From positions 544,001 to 608,000 of the forward strand of contig CAXXDQ010000004.1 of assembly GCA_963664325.2 (NCBI GenBank): a DNA stretch of 64,000 nucleotides, in the 5' to 3' direction. Below are positions 1 through 10,093 of the stretch, piece by piece (position 1 is the stretch's first letter; every line of letters begins with the position of its first letter). Under the pieces are notes generated by a model that saw only the letters and a program-made list of their open reading frames with translations, did no database searches and was not told where the DNA came from. The stretch comes from Desulfomonilia bacterium. Its GTDB lineage: Bacteria; Desulfobacterota; Desulfomonilia; UBA1062. The position numbers were made by a program, and so were the translations under genes.

Positions 1-504
1 CGATGCATTCCTCTCTTTTTTTTCAGTCGGCAGAACCGCTACCGAGGCTAAAACTTTCATAAGGGCTTCGTTATATTCCTTATCGTTATTTGATAATGAA
101 GGTAATGCAAAAGGAGGTTTCTTGTTCTCAATACCCGAATCTGTTTTAACGTCGCCCCCTGTTTCAACGGTTATGTATGATCCCACATAAGGGGCAGGGC
201 ATAAGATTGGAACAATCCCATTTTTTTTAAGAAAGGCTTGTATCCCTGTCAGGGTATAATGATCGGCGCTGACGGATTCATCCAGAAGCAATGCATTCAT
301 GTGTTCGGCAACGCAAATGTCTGCAAGGACACTTACTTTTTTAATGCCCTCCATAGCCTTTAAAGAAGGCCCTGACACATCCACTCCCGAATCCCCCGGG
401 ATATCTTTTTGTCGGGCTTCGGACTTTGTTTCAATTGATGCGCAGGATGCAAACATCAACATGATAAATACGCAAATCATAATTTTTACTGTCACGTTAT
501 TCAT
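1..504 (-). CDS. Putative lipoprotein, partial (runs off window edge)
   Basis: Manually read open frame from ATG 504: MNNVTVKIMICVFIMLMFASCASIETK..., lipobox-like FASC, SD AAGGGGGAAG upstream, no stop before position 1. Confidence 0.7.
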   Translation of the reverse strand, partial: MNNVTVKIMICVFIMLMFASCASIETKSEARQKDIPGDSGVDVSGPSLKAMEGIKKVSVLADICVAEHMNALLLDESVSADHYTLTGIQAFLKKNGIVPILCPAPYVGSYITVETGGDVKTDSGIENKKPPFALPSLSNNDKEYNEALMKVLASVAVLPTEKKERNAS

Positions 505-530
505 GCCGATCTTCCCCCTTTGTCCTGGAT

Positions 531-1595
531 TCAATATTTTCTTACAGGCTCATCTCCGTTTAATGCCCTTAATCCGCCTTCGGCAAGCGCAAGCATTTCG
601 TTTTCTCCCGGATAAATGCAGACCTTACCTAAAAAGCGGACCCTTTCAATTATCCAGCCTGTGAGCATTTCCGAATATGCAAGACCCCCCGTCAGGATGA
701 TCCCGTCTATCCTGCCGGAAAGGCTTGCAGCCATTGCGCAGATATATTTGGATATCTGATATGCCATGGCCCTGAATATAAGTTCGGCTTTTTTGTCGCA
801 TTGATTTATTCGCCTTTCAACCTCTTCGGCATTGTTTGTGCCCAGATAGGCTGTCAGGCCTCCCCTGACGGTCAGGTTTTCCTTGAGAGCTTCAATGTTC
901 GATCCAGTATGTTCCATGGTGTAAATTAGTTCCAGCGTTGGCAGGGAGCCGGCCCTTTCAGGGGTAAACGGACCTTCGGAAAGTCCGTGCGTGCTGTCGA
1001 TTACGCGGCCGTTTTTGTGCGCACCTATTGTGATTCCGCCTCCCATATGGGCGATGATCAGGTTCAGTTCTTCGTATTTCCTGTTCAACATACGGGCATA
1101 TCTTTTTGCCGCAGCCTTGTGGCTCAGTGCATGAAAAGCGCTTTTCCTCTCAATTGAAGGGAAGCCGGAAATACGGGAAACCTCATCATATTCGTCCGTG
1201 CTGGGTGGATCAACAACAAGTGCCTTCGTCCCGATTGCCTCGGCAATGTCGAGGGCTATCCGCGGGCCTAGTGCAGAAGCATGCAATCCGTAACGGCCGA
1301 GCATAAGATCGCTGCACATTTCCTCATTTATTTCATAAACACCCGAGCCTCCCGGTTTTCCGAGCCCTCCCCTGCTTATGATAATATCTATTTCAGGGGG
1401 TTTTATTCTCGAAGCCTTAATGAATTCGTCGATATCAGATCTTCTTGCAGGCAGCTGTTCAGCGATTTTCAGCTTAAGGACATCTTTTTCATATCTGTTT
1501 ACGTGTGATGCCAGGAGTGAATCGCCCTTGAACAATGCCATTTTTGTTGATGTTGATCCAGGATTTATTATCAGCATCAGAGGCTTATTAATCAT
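531..1595 (-). CDS. buk: Butyrate kinase
   Basis: INPGSTSTK, RGG, HASALG, AHMGGG, GPFTPERAG and LTGGLAYS motifs; start set at MINKPLML. Confidence 0.93.
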   Translation of the reverse strand: MINKPLMLIINPGSTSTKMALFKGDSLLASHVNRYEKDVLKLKIAEQLPARRSDIDEFIKASRIKPPEIDIIISRGGLGKPGGSGVYEINEEMCSDLMLGRYGLHASALGPRIALDIAEAIGTKALVVDPPSTDEYDEVSRISGFPSIERKSAFHALSHKAAAKRYARMLNRKYEELNLIIAHMGGGITIGAHKNGRVIDSTHGLSEGPFTPERAGSLPTLELIYTMEHTGSNIEALKENLTVRGGLTAYLGTNNAEEVERRINQCDKKAELIFRAMAYQISKYICAMAASLSGRIDGIILTGGLAYSEMLTGWIIERVRFLGKVCIYPGENEMLALAEGGLRALNGDEPVRKY

Positions 1596-1611
1596 TATTG
1601 TTAACCTTTCC

Positions 1612-2487
1612 TTATACCAGCGAGGCAAGGGCCATGCTGGCCAGCAGGCCTTTGTTGCATATGAAAGGAAGATTAATTATTGCCGGTTTCGACATCCCGA
1701 GAACAAGCCCGCTGCAGACAAGCCCTCCTATGAATACAAGGTGTTCGGCGAAAAGATACCCTGACTCGACATCATGCACCAGGTAAATGTCGGTATCACC
1801 GGCAACCGGGCTTTTGACCCCCTTTCTTTCTGCCGCGATTTTTGAAAGGGCACAATCTATATCAAGAGGGCCTTCAATCATGGCTTCGCCGAACTGGCGT
1901 CTTTCAGACATCTTTGAAAGGATTGCTGAATCCAGAGTGGAATGTATCTTGGGGTTAACGTATTCGAGCACTGCAAGTGCCGCAATCTTGGGTATTTCCC
2001 TGCCCAGTGCTTTCCACAGAGAAGTAGCATTCTCGACGATAATCTGTTTTTCCAACAGTGTCGGATGGTCGTGAATAAACGTGTCGGTTATTATCACAGG
2101 CGTTTTTCTTCCCGGAAAGAAGAATACACAGGCATGGCTTGCTCTCCTGTGTGTGTGAAGTCCTGTCTTCAAATCCTGGAGTGAAGATAAAAATGAAGAA
2201 ATATCTATGCCTCCCTGTATTATTATATCCGCTTTATTGTTTTTGAGCATATCTGCAGCAACGGCCAGCGATTCCTCTGATGAGCCTGCATCAATATATT
2301 CACAAGGGATGCAGTTCTCCTGAAATTTCCTACGGATGTTCCTTCCACCGATAAAGACCGGATATACAATGCCCAATCCCGCGGCTTTGATGATCATATC
2401 CAGGTCGTCGTCAATGCACATCGGAACAATCAAACGCTTTTTCATGCGGGATGCCTTCCTGATAAGGCTGTCAAATCCGTCTTTCAT
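1612..2487 (-). CDS. Phosphate acyltransferase (Ptb/Pta family)
   Basis: KIAAL, STLDSAIL, EGPLDIDCA and SPVAGDTDI motifs; adjacent to buk. Confidence 0.82.
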   Translation of the reverse strand: MKDGFDSLIRKASRMKKRLIVPMCIDDDLDMIIKAAGLGIVYPVFIGGRNIRRKFQENCIPCEYIDAGSSEESLAVAADMLKNNKADIIIQGGIDISSFLSSLQDLKTGLHTHRRASHACVFFFPGRKTPVIITDTFIHDHPTLLEKQIIVENATSLWKALGREIPKIAALAVLEYVNPKIHSTLDSAILSKMSERRQFGEAMIEGPLDIDCALSKIAAERKGVKSPVAGDTDIYLVHDVESGYLFAEHLVFIGGLVCSGLVLGMSKPAIINLPFICNKGLLASMALASLV

Positions 2488-3416
2488 TTTTTAGCCTTTC
2501 TCATCCTGTCTGAGATAACAACTCCCATAGCCATTTCACCGACAATCGAGTCTTTGGTATCAGCACGGGAAGGAACAAGGACAGGGCCTGCGGATGTGTT
2601 AACGATCGAGCGTCTTGTTACAGGCAAGAGAAAATCCAGCTTGCATAGTATGTTGCCTGCATCCAGACCGGGCACAAGCATCACGTCAGGCAGCTTTGAT
2701 ATATCTATTGATTCCATACTGGTTAGCCGTTTTGAATCACCCAGAAAAACACCACTCAGATTTGTTTGCGGAAGAACTTCACATTCGCCCAGGTTGCCGT
2801 TAAGAGCCTCCTGCAGCAACGCCGCCGCATCTTTTGCCGAAGGCTGCTCAATTCCGAATCCCCGGTTGCCTGATAAGGCCAGTATTTTAGGTTTTGAATT
2901 CCCCAGGATGTGCAGGAGAAAGACCGCATTTTTTATGGTATTTATCTTGGCCTTAAGGTCGGGTTTTATATTCACACCGACGTCGGTGAAAATGATGAAA
3001 CGGTTGAGACCTGGTATTTCCCACATTGTCAGAACACAAACGGTCATCCCGCTTTCGGTTCTGGTTTCTTCCCGAATTACAGATTTGTAGACATATGCCG
3101 TCGGAATCTGGCCCTTGCAGACCATGTCAACCCGTCCTGAAAAAAGCATTGAAAGACCTTTGTTGGCGATTGCCTGACGGTCGGTTTCCCTGATCAGTTC
3201 ATAATTGTCACAGAAAAACCCGATCTTTTCCGATACCCTTTTTATCTTCTCAATATCCCCTATCAGGAGAGGAATGATGTATCCCATTTCCCATCCTTCC
3301 TTTACGGCCGATAAAAATTCACTGTCCTCGGGTGCAAGGACAGCAAGGCTTTTGGGAGTTGTTTTCCCCGCAACTGTAAGCACATCTTTTAAAGTATGTA
3401 TCATGCTATACCCCAT
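2484..3416 (-). CDS. Phosphate acyltransferase (Ptb/Pta family), second paralog
   Basis: KGQIPT, TDVGVNIKP, PDVMLVPGLDAGNILCK and VPSRAD motifs. Confidence 0.82.
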   Translation of the reverse strand: MGYSMIHTLKDVLTVAGKTTPKSLAVLAPEDSEFLSAVKEGWEMGYIIPLLIGDIEKIKRVSEKIGFFCDNYELIRETDRQAIANKGLSMLFSGRVDMVCKGQIPTAYVYKSVIREETRTESGMTVCVLTMWEIPGLNRFIIFTDVGVNIKPDLKAKINTIKNAVFLLHILGNSKPKILALSGNRGFGIEQPSAKDAAALLQEALNGNLGECEVLPQTNLSGVFLGDSKRLTSMESIDISKLPDVMLVPGLDAGNILCKLDFLLPVTRRSIVNTSAGPVLVPSRADTKDSIVGEMAMGVVISDRMRKAKK

Positions 3417-3652
3417 TAGCAGAAAACGTTCTGTCAGGCATGTTCAATATTTTCCCCGGCAACAATGAATATAAGAACCTGAGGCATTCCTGTAAATCGA
3501 ATTTCTTTAATATTAAAGTATAAAATATTGTCCATAATTCCCAAATTTTTCCATTTAAATAAATTGAAAAAATTTGTTTAAAATACTAAAGTCGGTTTAT
3601 GGAATTGACGATATCAAACTCATATTTGAAATGATTTAGAGGGAGGACGCCC

Positions 3653-3952
3653 ATGGAAGAAAAAAGAAAATATCCCAGGAGAAAACTCGGATGTACCGCA
3701 TTGTTCAAAGGCGGTACCTTGGCGTGTGAAAGTGTACGTATCCGCGACATAAGCAGAGGCGGTCTCTTTGTTGAAACGCAAAAACCTGCTGCCCGGGGTG
3801 AGACAGTCCTTGTAAATATTGATGAATACAATTTCGGCAAAGATGTCGGCATAAAGGGCATAGTGGTGAGACATGTTCCTGAATACGGCATGGGCATTCA
3901 GATATCTTCTACAACCGATGACGATTACCTGAGGGAATGGATTTCCAGATAA
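3653..3952 (+). CDS. PilZ-domain protein (c-di-GMP receptor)
   Basis: KRKYPR and DISRGG motifs; SD GGAGG. Confidence 0.85.
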   Translation: MEEKRKYPRRKLGCTALFKGGTLACESVRIRDISRGGLFVETQKPAARGETVLVNIDEYNFGKDVGIKGIVVRHVPEYGMGIQISSTTDDDYLREWISR

Positions 3953-3999
3953 GCCGGTTTCATCAATAGATAAAGCCATTCGTGCCAGAGCCAGGCAGT

Positions 4000-5337
4000 T
4001 TATTTTATTTCCGCCTTCAATCTCTTGTACATTTCATAAGTAAGGTTTTCCCATCTGCATGGAAGAATTGAGTTGTTATGAAATAACGGCTCGGATTCTA
4101 TGGGGAAAGGGCTTTTTTTAACGGCCTCAACCCAGAGGGCTGTATTCGGAATCGGTGAATACTCTGCTATTATGGGACGCGCGCCCGATGCCTTTACAAA
4201 ATCAACAGTACCGATGACCTGCCTGATATCCTGGTTCGGCATTCCGCATAAGACATATACTCCGATATCGTTATCAGCATAACCCGCTTTATGGAGGTTG
4301 CTGACGGCTCGGACAAACTCAGGATTAGTGACCTTTGAACCGGTTTCTGACTGCAAAACCGGGTCTGAGGTTTCAAGGCCGAGCCTGACTGTCTTAAACC
4401 CGGTCTTTTTCATCAGCAGTGCGACTTCTTCACTAATGGAATTAGCATGAAGGCCGTTCGGACAATGAAATGCCGCCATAATGTTCCTTTTCAGAATTTC
4501 CTTCATAAGTGGAATTGCAGACCGTTCGGGTTCGAAAAGCAGCGCATCGTCATAAAATGCAAAATCCCTTATTCCCCTTGAACTCCAGAATTCGATTTCA
4601 TCGGTCACTTTTATAGGATCGCGCCTGTTGAATCTCTTGTTCATTATCGACGAGGCGCAGTATGTACAGGAATACGGGCATCCCCTTGATGTCTGAATGC
4701 AGACATAGGGTGCCTCTGTGAGGTCAAAAGCCGGATAAGGCAGCTTGTCCAGGTCTGGCGTAATGTTTGGACAAGTGCCGGGCGAACACCATACCGAACA
4801 CAGGATTTTAATAACGCTCTCTTCACCTTCACCCTGTATTATAACATCGGCACCCGAGAATCTGCGTGCGTGTTCAGGCAGAAGTGTTGCATACACGCCT
4901 CCGAGAAGAACCGGAACGTCCGCATATATTTTTTTTATCCGGCTGATTGCCTCGATTACCCCGGGATACCAGTATGTCATAAGTGATGTTACAAGGATTG
5001 CATCCGGCCTGGAAATGCCGGTTAACATCATGTCGAACTCTTCAGGTGCCATCCCGTACCTTGAATAATTTCTTGGGAAAAAAGCAAGAATCTCCGGTTT
5101 TTCAATAATCTGTCTTCTGAATTTTCCGTGACCGCCAGGTTTCCTGTTTGAACGACCTGTCTCAAGACAGTCTATGAAAGCGGTCTCACAGCCATATGAC
5201 CTGAGCAGTGAACCGATATATAAAAGGCCAAGAGGCTTGGCCCACATGTCATAGGCGGCGAAATCATAAATCCAGGGATTGACAAGGAGAACATTCCTCC
5301 CCTTGAAAATCATCTTGTCTTCTTTGCCGGTTGACAC
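4000..5337 (-). CDS. Cobalamin-binding radical SAM protein
   Basis: N-terminal B12-binding-like region (KPLGLLY...LGGVYAT); SRGCPYSCTYC cluster motif. Confidence 0.88.
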   Translation of the reverse strand: MSTGKEDKMIFKGRNVLLVNPWIYDFAAYDMWAKPLGLLYIGSLLRSYGCETAFIDCLETGRSNRKPGGHGKFRRQIIEKPEILAFFPRNYSRYGMAPEEFDMMLTGISRPDAILVTSLMTYWYPGVIEAISRIKKIYADVPVLLGGVYATLLPEHARRFSGADVIIQGEGEESVIKILCSVWCSPGTCPNITPDLDKLPYPAFDLTEAPYVCIQTSRGCPYSCTYCASSIMNKRFNRRDPIKVTDEIEFWSSRGIRDFAFYDDALLFEPERSAIPLMKEILKRNIMAAFHCPNGLHANSISEEVALLMKKTGFKTVRLGLETSDPVLQSETGSKVTNPEFVRAVSNLHKAGYADNDIGVYVLCGMPNQDIRQVIGTVDFVKASGARPIIAEYSPIPNTALWVEAVKKSPFPIESEPLFHNNSILPCRWENLTYEMYKRLKAEIK

Positions 5338-6975
5338 CTATTCCTTCAGAGTATCGAAGGCCGACAGCACCAGATCAATTTCCCGGGCCTTCCTGGCCTT
5401 TGTCCATTTGAGTTCCCTTGCCGCAATGGAGGCGATATTATCTATGACGTCGACACCGGGGTTTCCGAGGGTGCAGATGCCGGTTCTTCTGAAAAGTATG
5501 TCAGAGAGACACACCGCCATCTCGTTTCTCAATGCATAAACAGCCTCGGCCGTTATATCGGGAAGGTTGAGTGAAACCCTTTCGAGCTTCTTCGGGGCGC
5601 TGGATATTACATCAAGATACCTGGTTCCATAGTTTCTGCAGAGGTTTTCGATTATTTCATCCTGAAGTCCGGCCGGCCTTCTCATTTTTGCCCTTTCGAC
5701 AAACGTCGTATACCGGGCTATATCCCCTCCGTAAAGCGGCGTGGTGTGGGTCATGCAAGGCAATGAAGGCATTTTCAGTTTTTTCACGGTAAGGTCGACA
5801 AGCTGTGCGGCAAGGTTTCTGGATGTAGTGTATTTTCCGCCTATGACTGTAATGAAGCCTTTTATCTGATCGTCTTCCTCATGATCGTAAATCTCGTACT
5901 TGCGGGATGCGTCGTAAACCTCTACCTCTATGCTTGTTTCTTTTTCAACAATGGGTCTCAGGCCTCCATATTGAAAGAGCACGTCGGAGCGTTTCAGGTC
6001 TGCAATAGGGTATCCCTCGTTAACCTCGGTTATCAAGCCCGTGATATCCTTTTCTGTTACCTTGAAATCATCGGGGTTTCCCTTGAAAAGTTCATCCGTT
6101 GTCCCGATAAGACTGTGGCCTCTCCATGGAATTATAAAAAAATGCCTGCCACCCGGGGTCTGAAGTGTTATGGCCTTGTCTTTGCCGATGGCCTTCGTGA
6201 TGATATGAATACCTTTTGACCTGACAAGTCCGTGATGGGTCTTTCCCTTGAGTTTGCCTAGCATCTGGTCTGCCCATGGGCCGGTTGCATTGATTGTGAC
6301 TTTGGAGCGAACGGAGCATTCCTCGCCGGTAAGCATATCCCGGGCCTTGACACCGGTAATGGCATCGCCTTCCGTGACCAGTTCCGTTACCTCGGCGTAG
6401 TTGATAGCATCCGCACCGCATTCGATACCCGAGAGTATGAATTCCAGCGTCAGTCTTTCGGGTGAATACATCTGACAGTCATGGTATACGACGCCGCCCT
6501 TTAGTCCTTCTTTTACAAAACCTGGGGCCAGCTCAAGAATTTCTTCGGCGTTTAATCTCTCATGTGCCGGAATCTTTCTGTCATCATCATTGATCCATTT
6601 CCTGTCATAGGCCAGCGAATCATAAAAAACCATGGCGGATATAAGCGCAGGAAGGCCACGCATTCCCCATCCGTAGGCAGGGAAGATAAAAGGCATCGGG
6701 TATACAAGATGCGGGGCAATCATCTCCAGGATGCGTCTTTCCTGAAGTGATTCACGGACAAGACTCAGTTCCATCGTCTTGAGGTATCTGAGTCCTCCGT
6801 GTATCAGTTTGGATGTTGCGGCCGAGGTCGCTGCACCAAAATCAGATTTGTCAAAAAGGGCTGCTTTCAGTCCCCTCAGGGCTGCATCCCAGAGAACGCA
6901 TGCACCTGTTATGCCTCCTCCTATCACGAGCAGATCATAGGTTTTTTCGCTCATGGCCTTGAGATCTCTTTTCAT
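5338..6975 (-). CDS. glpD: FAD-dependent glycerol-3-phosphate dehydrogenase/oxidase
   Basis: IGGGITG, SKLIHGGLRYL, NATGPW, GLRP and GGKYTT motifs; GGAGG before ATG 6975. Confidence 0.87.
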   Translation of the reverse strand: MKRDLKAMSEKTYDLLVIGGGITGACVLWDAALRGLKAALFDKSDFGAATSAATSKLIHGGLRYLKTMELSLVRESLQERRILEMIAPHLVYPMPFIFPAYGWGMRGLPALISAMVFYDSLAYDRKWINDDDRKIPAHERLNAEEILELAPGFVKEGLKGGVVYHDCQMYSPERLTLEFILSGIECGADAINYAEVTELVTEGDAITGVKARDMLTGEECSVRSKVTINATGPWADQMLGKLKGKTHHGLVRSKGIHIITKAIGKDKAITLQTPGGRHFFIIPWRGHSLIGTTDELFKGNPDDFKVTEKDITGLITEVNEGYPIADLKRSDVLFQYGGLRPIVEKETSIEVEVYDASRKYEIYDHEEDDQIKGFITVIGGKYTTSRNLAAQLVDLTVKKLKMPSLPCMTHTTPLYGGDIARYTTFVERAKMRRPAGLQDEIIENLCRNYGTRYLDVISSAPKKLERVSLNLPDITAEAVYALRNEMAVCLSDILFRRTGICTLGNPGVDVIDNIASIAARELKWTKARKAREIDLVLSAFDTLKE

Positions 6976-7104
6976 TTTTTCCTCCGGGGTTAAAGTCAAT
7001 AAAAGTTACTTATCAAAAAAATTCAAAATAATCTGTAGGGATATTTTTATGATAATATTGCCCGGATTATTCAACTCTGTTATCAGCCAGGAAAGGAGGC
7101 GGAT

Positions 7105-7893
7105 ATGGAACTGGGTTTAAAAGGAAAAGCGGCTGTAGTCGCAGGGGCAAGCAGGGGACTGGGGTTTTCAATAGCAAAGATACTTGGACTTGAAGGGGCC
7201 AGGCTTGCAATATGCTCAAGGGACAGCGGCAATATCAATAAAGCCTGCGATGAATTAAGGTTGCTTGGAATAGATGCAAAAGCCTTTGTTGCAGATGTCA
7301 GAAAGGCGTCCGACACGAAGGCTTTTATTGATAATGCGGCCCGTGAACTTGGTGGAATCGACATCCTCGTTACAAATGCAGGCGGTCCGCCATCCATGCC
7401 TTTTGAAGAAATTGATGATAATACATGGGAAGAAGGTTTCCGGCTGAACCTTTTAAGCTCGATCATTATGATCCGTGCCGCAATTCCATTCATGAGGGAA
7501 AAGAACTACGGGCGCATAATCAACCTGACCTCCATTGCCGTTAAGCAGCCGATCGAAGGGCTTATCATTTCAAACACGGTCCGGGCAGGCGTTATCGGAC
7601 TGGCAAAAACACTTTCACGCGAGCTTGCCCCATACAACATAACCGTCAATAACATCCTTCCGGGCTATTTCAGGACCTCACGCGTCGAACAGCTTGCGGA
7701 TAGGCTTGCCGAGATAAAAAAAGCCATGCCGGAAGATATTATCGAGTTCTGGAAGAATGATATACCGCTCAAACGACTGGGTGATCCGGACGAAATCGGT
7801 CACCTTACAGCCTTCCTGGCCTCCGACAAGGCGGCATATATAACAGGAACCTCTATTCCGGTTGACGGTGGTTTTTACAAGGGGTTGATGTAG
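7105..7893 (+). CDS. SDR-family oxidoreductase (FabG-like)
   Basis: GASRGLG, NAGG, SNTVR and VDGG motifs. Confidence 0.88.
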   Translation: MELGLKGKAAVVAGASRGLGFSIAKILGLEGARLAICSRDSGNINKACDELRLLGIDAKAFVADVRKASDTKAFIDNAARELGGIDILVTNAGGPPSMPFEEIDDNTWEEGFRLNLLSSIIMIRAAIPFMREKNYGRIINLTSIAVKQPIEGLIISNTVRAGVIGLAKTLSRELAPYNITVNNILPGYFRTSRVEQLADRLAEIKKAMPEDIIEFWKNDIPLKRLGDPDEIGHLTAFLASDKAAYITGTSIPVDGGFYKGLM

Positions 7894-7934
7894 TATTTCC
7901 GGTAAAATCATTTTGGATTGCCGGATTTTTTATG

Positions 7935-7966
7935 AAAAAAAAAGACGCCGGCAATACCGGCGTCTT
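7935..7966 (-). terminator. Rho-independent terminator of the porin gene
   Basis: AAGACGCCGG-caata-CCGGCGTCTT hairpin with an A-run (U-tail on minus strand). Confidence 0.8.
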
Positions 7967-7996
7967 CGTTAAATCTGGTTAAATTCTCAGTTCAGG

Positions 7997-9652
7997 TTAG
8001 AATGTAACCTTGCAGATCCAGCGAGCTGCATAGGTGTCTTTAAGATCTTGTCCGGTTCCATTCCAGGTCTTTAACTCCATTCCTGTTATCGAGCCACCCG
8101 TATAAGTTATTACCGCGTACTGCGAACCTATTTCCCTGAAACTGTTTTCAATAAGTTTTTTGTAGAAACCGCCCGGCTTGTAGTATGCAAGGTCGATTCC
8201 GAATGAAAGGTTGTCCATCCACGCATAATTCAAACGGCCCCTTAATTCCCAGCCGAGGTCTTTTTTAACATCGCCAGAGTAGCAGTCGGTTCCCATCGTA
8301 CCGTCAGCGAAAGTAACAGTACCATTGCCCAAATCGTCTACAGTACTGATGAGTATTGAATTCTCTAAAGTGTCAGCTCCAACGGCATTGGCAAGACCCG
8401 GGGCTGTCTGTTGGCCATTAAGGTTAATTGAGTTGCCGGGATACCAGTTCTCAATATACTTTGTGTTCTCTTTCTGGCCATAGACAAAGTTCAGGTCGCC
8501 AGCAAGTTTTGGTGAGAATTTGTAGGCAAGGTTCAAACGGCCTAGTATGGCGTTAGTAAAACTGTAATTGCCATCAATCCTCGGATCGCCGAGGGCAGCC
8601 TGCGTTGCATAGGTTTCAAATGCCCAGGCATAGATGTCATGGACATCGTTCATGAGCCATGTATCGAGGTTCTCACCGTCATCAAGGTATCCGGAAACAT
8701 ATTCAGGCTTCTTGGCGCCCGGGATATATGCGCCGTCTATCTGGATTGTAGCATTGCCGGGAGTGATTCCAAAGCCAAGCCATCCGCCGAAGATATTGTC
8801 CACTTTCCAGTTACGTTCTGCATCAATTGTTGTACCAACCGGTGAATCCGTATCCACAAGCGTACCGGTTCCATAAGCAAGCTTCATATTCATCTTAAAC
8901 ATGTCGTTGAACTTCTGGTTGAACCAGAGGTGAGGATACCAGATCCTGGTCTGTGCATGACCGGCGCCGGAATACTTGTATGCCAGCCTCATGTCTAGCA
9001 TGGTGGCCGCATTTTCAAATTTGAAAACACCTTCAAACTCATCCTGGTCGCCTGTATTGTGGCTGTTCTGTGTTCCTAAAGTTGTTCCCAATTCCTGCTT
9101 CTTGTTCCAGACCAGTCCGAAGGTCCAGTCTTTTGCTGCAGGAACCTGAATAAACCAGCCGATACCGGTGAAGTCCTTTGTCTTGCCTGCAATGAATTTG
9201 CCTATGTTTGTAGTAACATCGGCATAGAACTGGTCGACAGTGAATGTGTTGTACTGGCTGTAGGGTTTGTAATTACGCGTATTGAGTTTTGAGCCCGTAT
9301 CTGACGGGTCCACGATAGCGCCCGTCGGTACAAATTCAGAATAAGCCTGATAAATGCCATTATAGCCCACTTCATCATCCTGAGATAACTTGTTGTCAAA
9401 TACTTCCAGGTCGCCGACAATCTTGATTTTGTCATTTATCTGAATGGTTGGATAAAAATTTAAATAATGTTTCAAATACATGTCTGTTACTGGAAAAGTA
9501 AGATTGTTGTCTATATCCATAATCAGCGGATAAGAATAGTAACGGCCCTGAATCTCGTATTTGCCCCCTAGTTTAAAGTCAACAGCCCATGCAGGTATCG
9601 CAAAAGCCATTGCCACTATGAAGAGCATTACCCATTTACCCCATTTACCCAT
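7997..9652 (-). CDS. Outer-membrane beta-barrel/porin
   Basis: Signal peptide ending AWA, amphipathic beta-strands, C-terminal Phe (CKVTF). Confidence 0.75.
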   Translation of the reverse strand: MGKWGKWVMLFIVAMAFAIPAWAVDFKLGGKYEIQGRYYSYPLIMDIDNNLTFPVTDMYLKHYLNFYPTIQINDKIKIVGDLEVFDNKLSQDDEVGYNGIYQAYSEFVPTGAIVDPSDTGSKLNTRNYKPYSQYNTFTVDQFYADVTTNIGKFIAGKTKDFTGIGWFIQVPAAKDWTFGLVWNKKQELGTTLGTQNSHNTGDQDEFEGVFKFENAATMLDMRLAYKYSGAGHAQTRIWYPHLWFNQKFNDMFKMNMKLAYGTGTLVDTDSPVGTTIDAERNWKVDNIFGGWLGFGITPGNATIQIDGAYIPGAKKPEYVSGYLDDGENLDTWLMNDVHDIYAWAFETYATQAALGDPRIDGNYSFTNAILGRLNLAYKFSPKLAGDLNFVYGQKENTKYIENWYPGNSINLNGQQTAPGLANAVGADTLENSILISTVDDLGNGTVTFADGTMGTDCYSGDVKKDLGWELRGRLNYAWMDNLSFGIDLAYYKPGGFYKKLIENSFREIGSQYAVITYTGGSITGMELKTWNGTGQDLKDTYAARWICKVTF

Positions 9653-10093
9653 ATCCTTTCCTCCTATAAATAATTTTTTTATTTCTTATCAGGATGCGGT
9701 TCATGGATGCATGCTCTGGGTGCGGGTTTCTCGTTGGATTTGCAATATCTTTTAATATGTCTTTTATTTAGACATATCCCCAACTCTTGTCAATACAACA
9801 TGCATGCCATTTTACAAAAAATGTCATACTTAGATTTTTTATGCCTATGTTTTCAAATCTGCGATGAGACATTTTAAAAAAATAAACATAAATATAATCA
9901 ATATGATAAGCTGTTTTACCAGGAACCAGATAAATAATAAATATTTCAGAAGTAAGGACTTCACTTTTATCAAAACAAATTGCCGGAAAAGGGCATGTTG
10001 TAAGTATTCAACATGTTTAGACGTAATATTGCAAAGTTGACACAGGATAGTAATATATTGACAAAACCCGCTTGCAGTGTGATTGAGTGAGAA

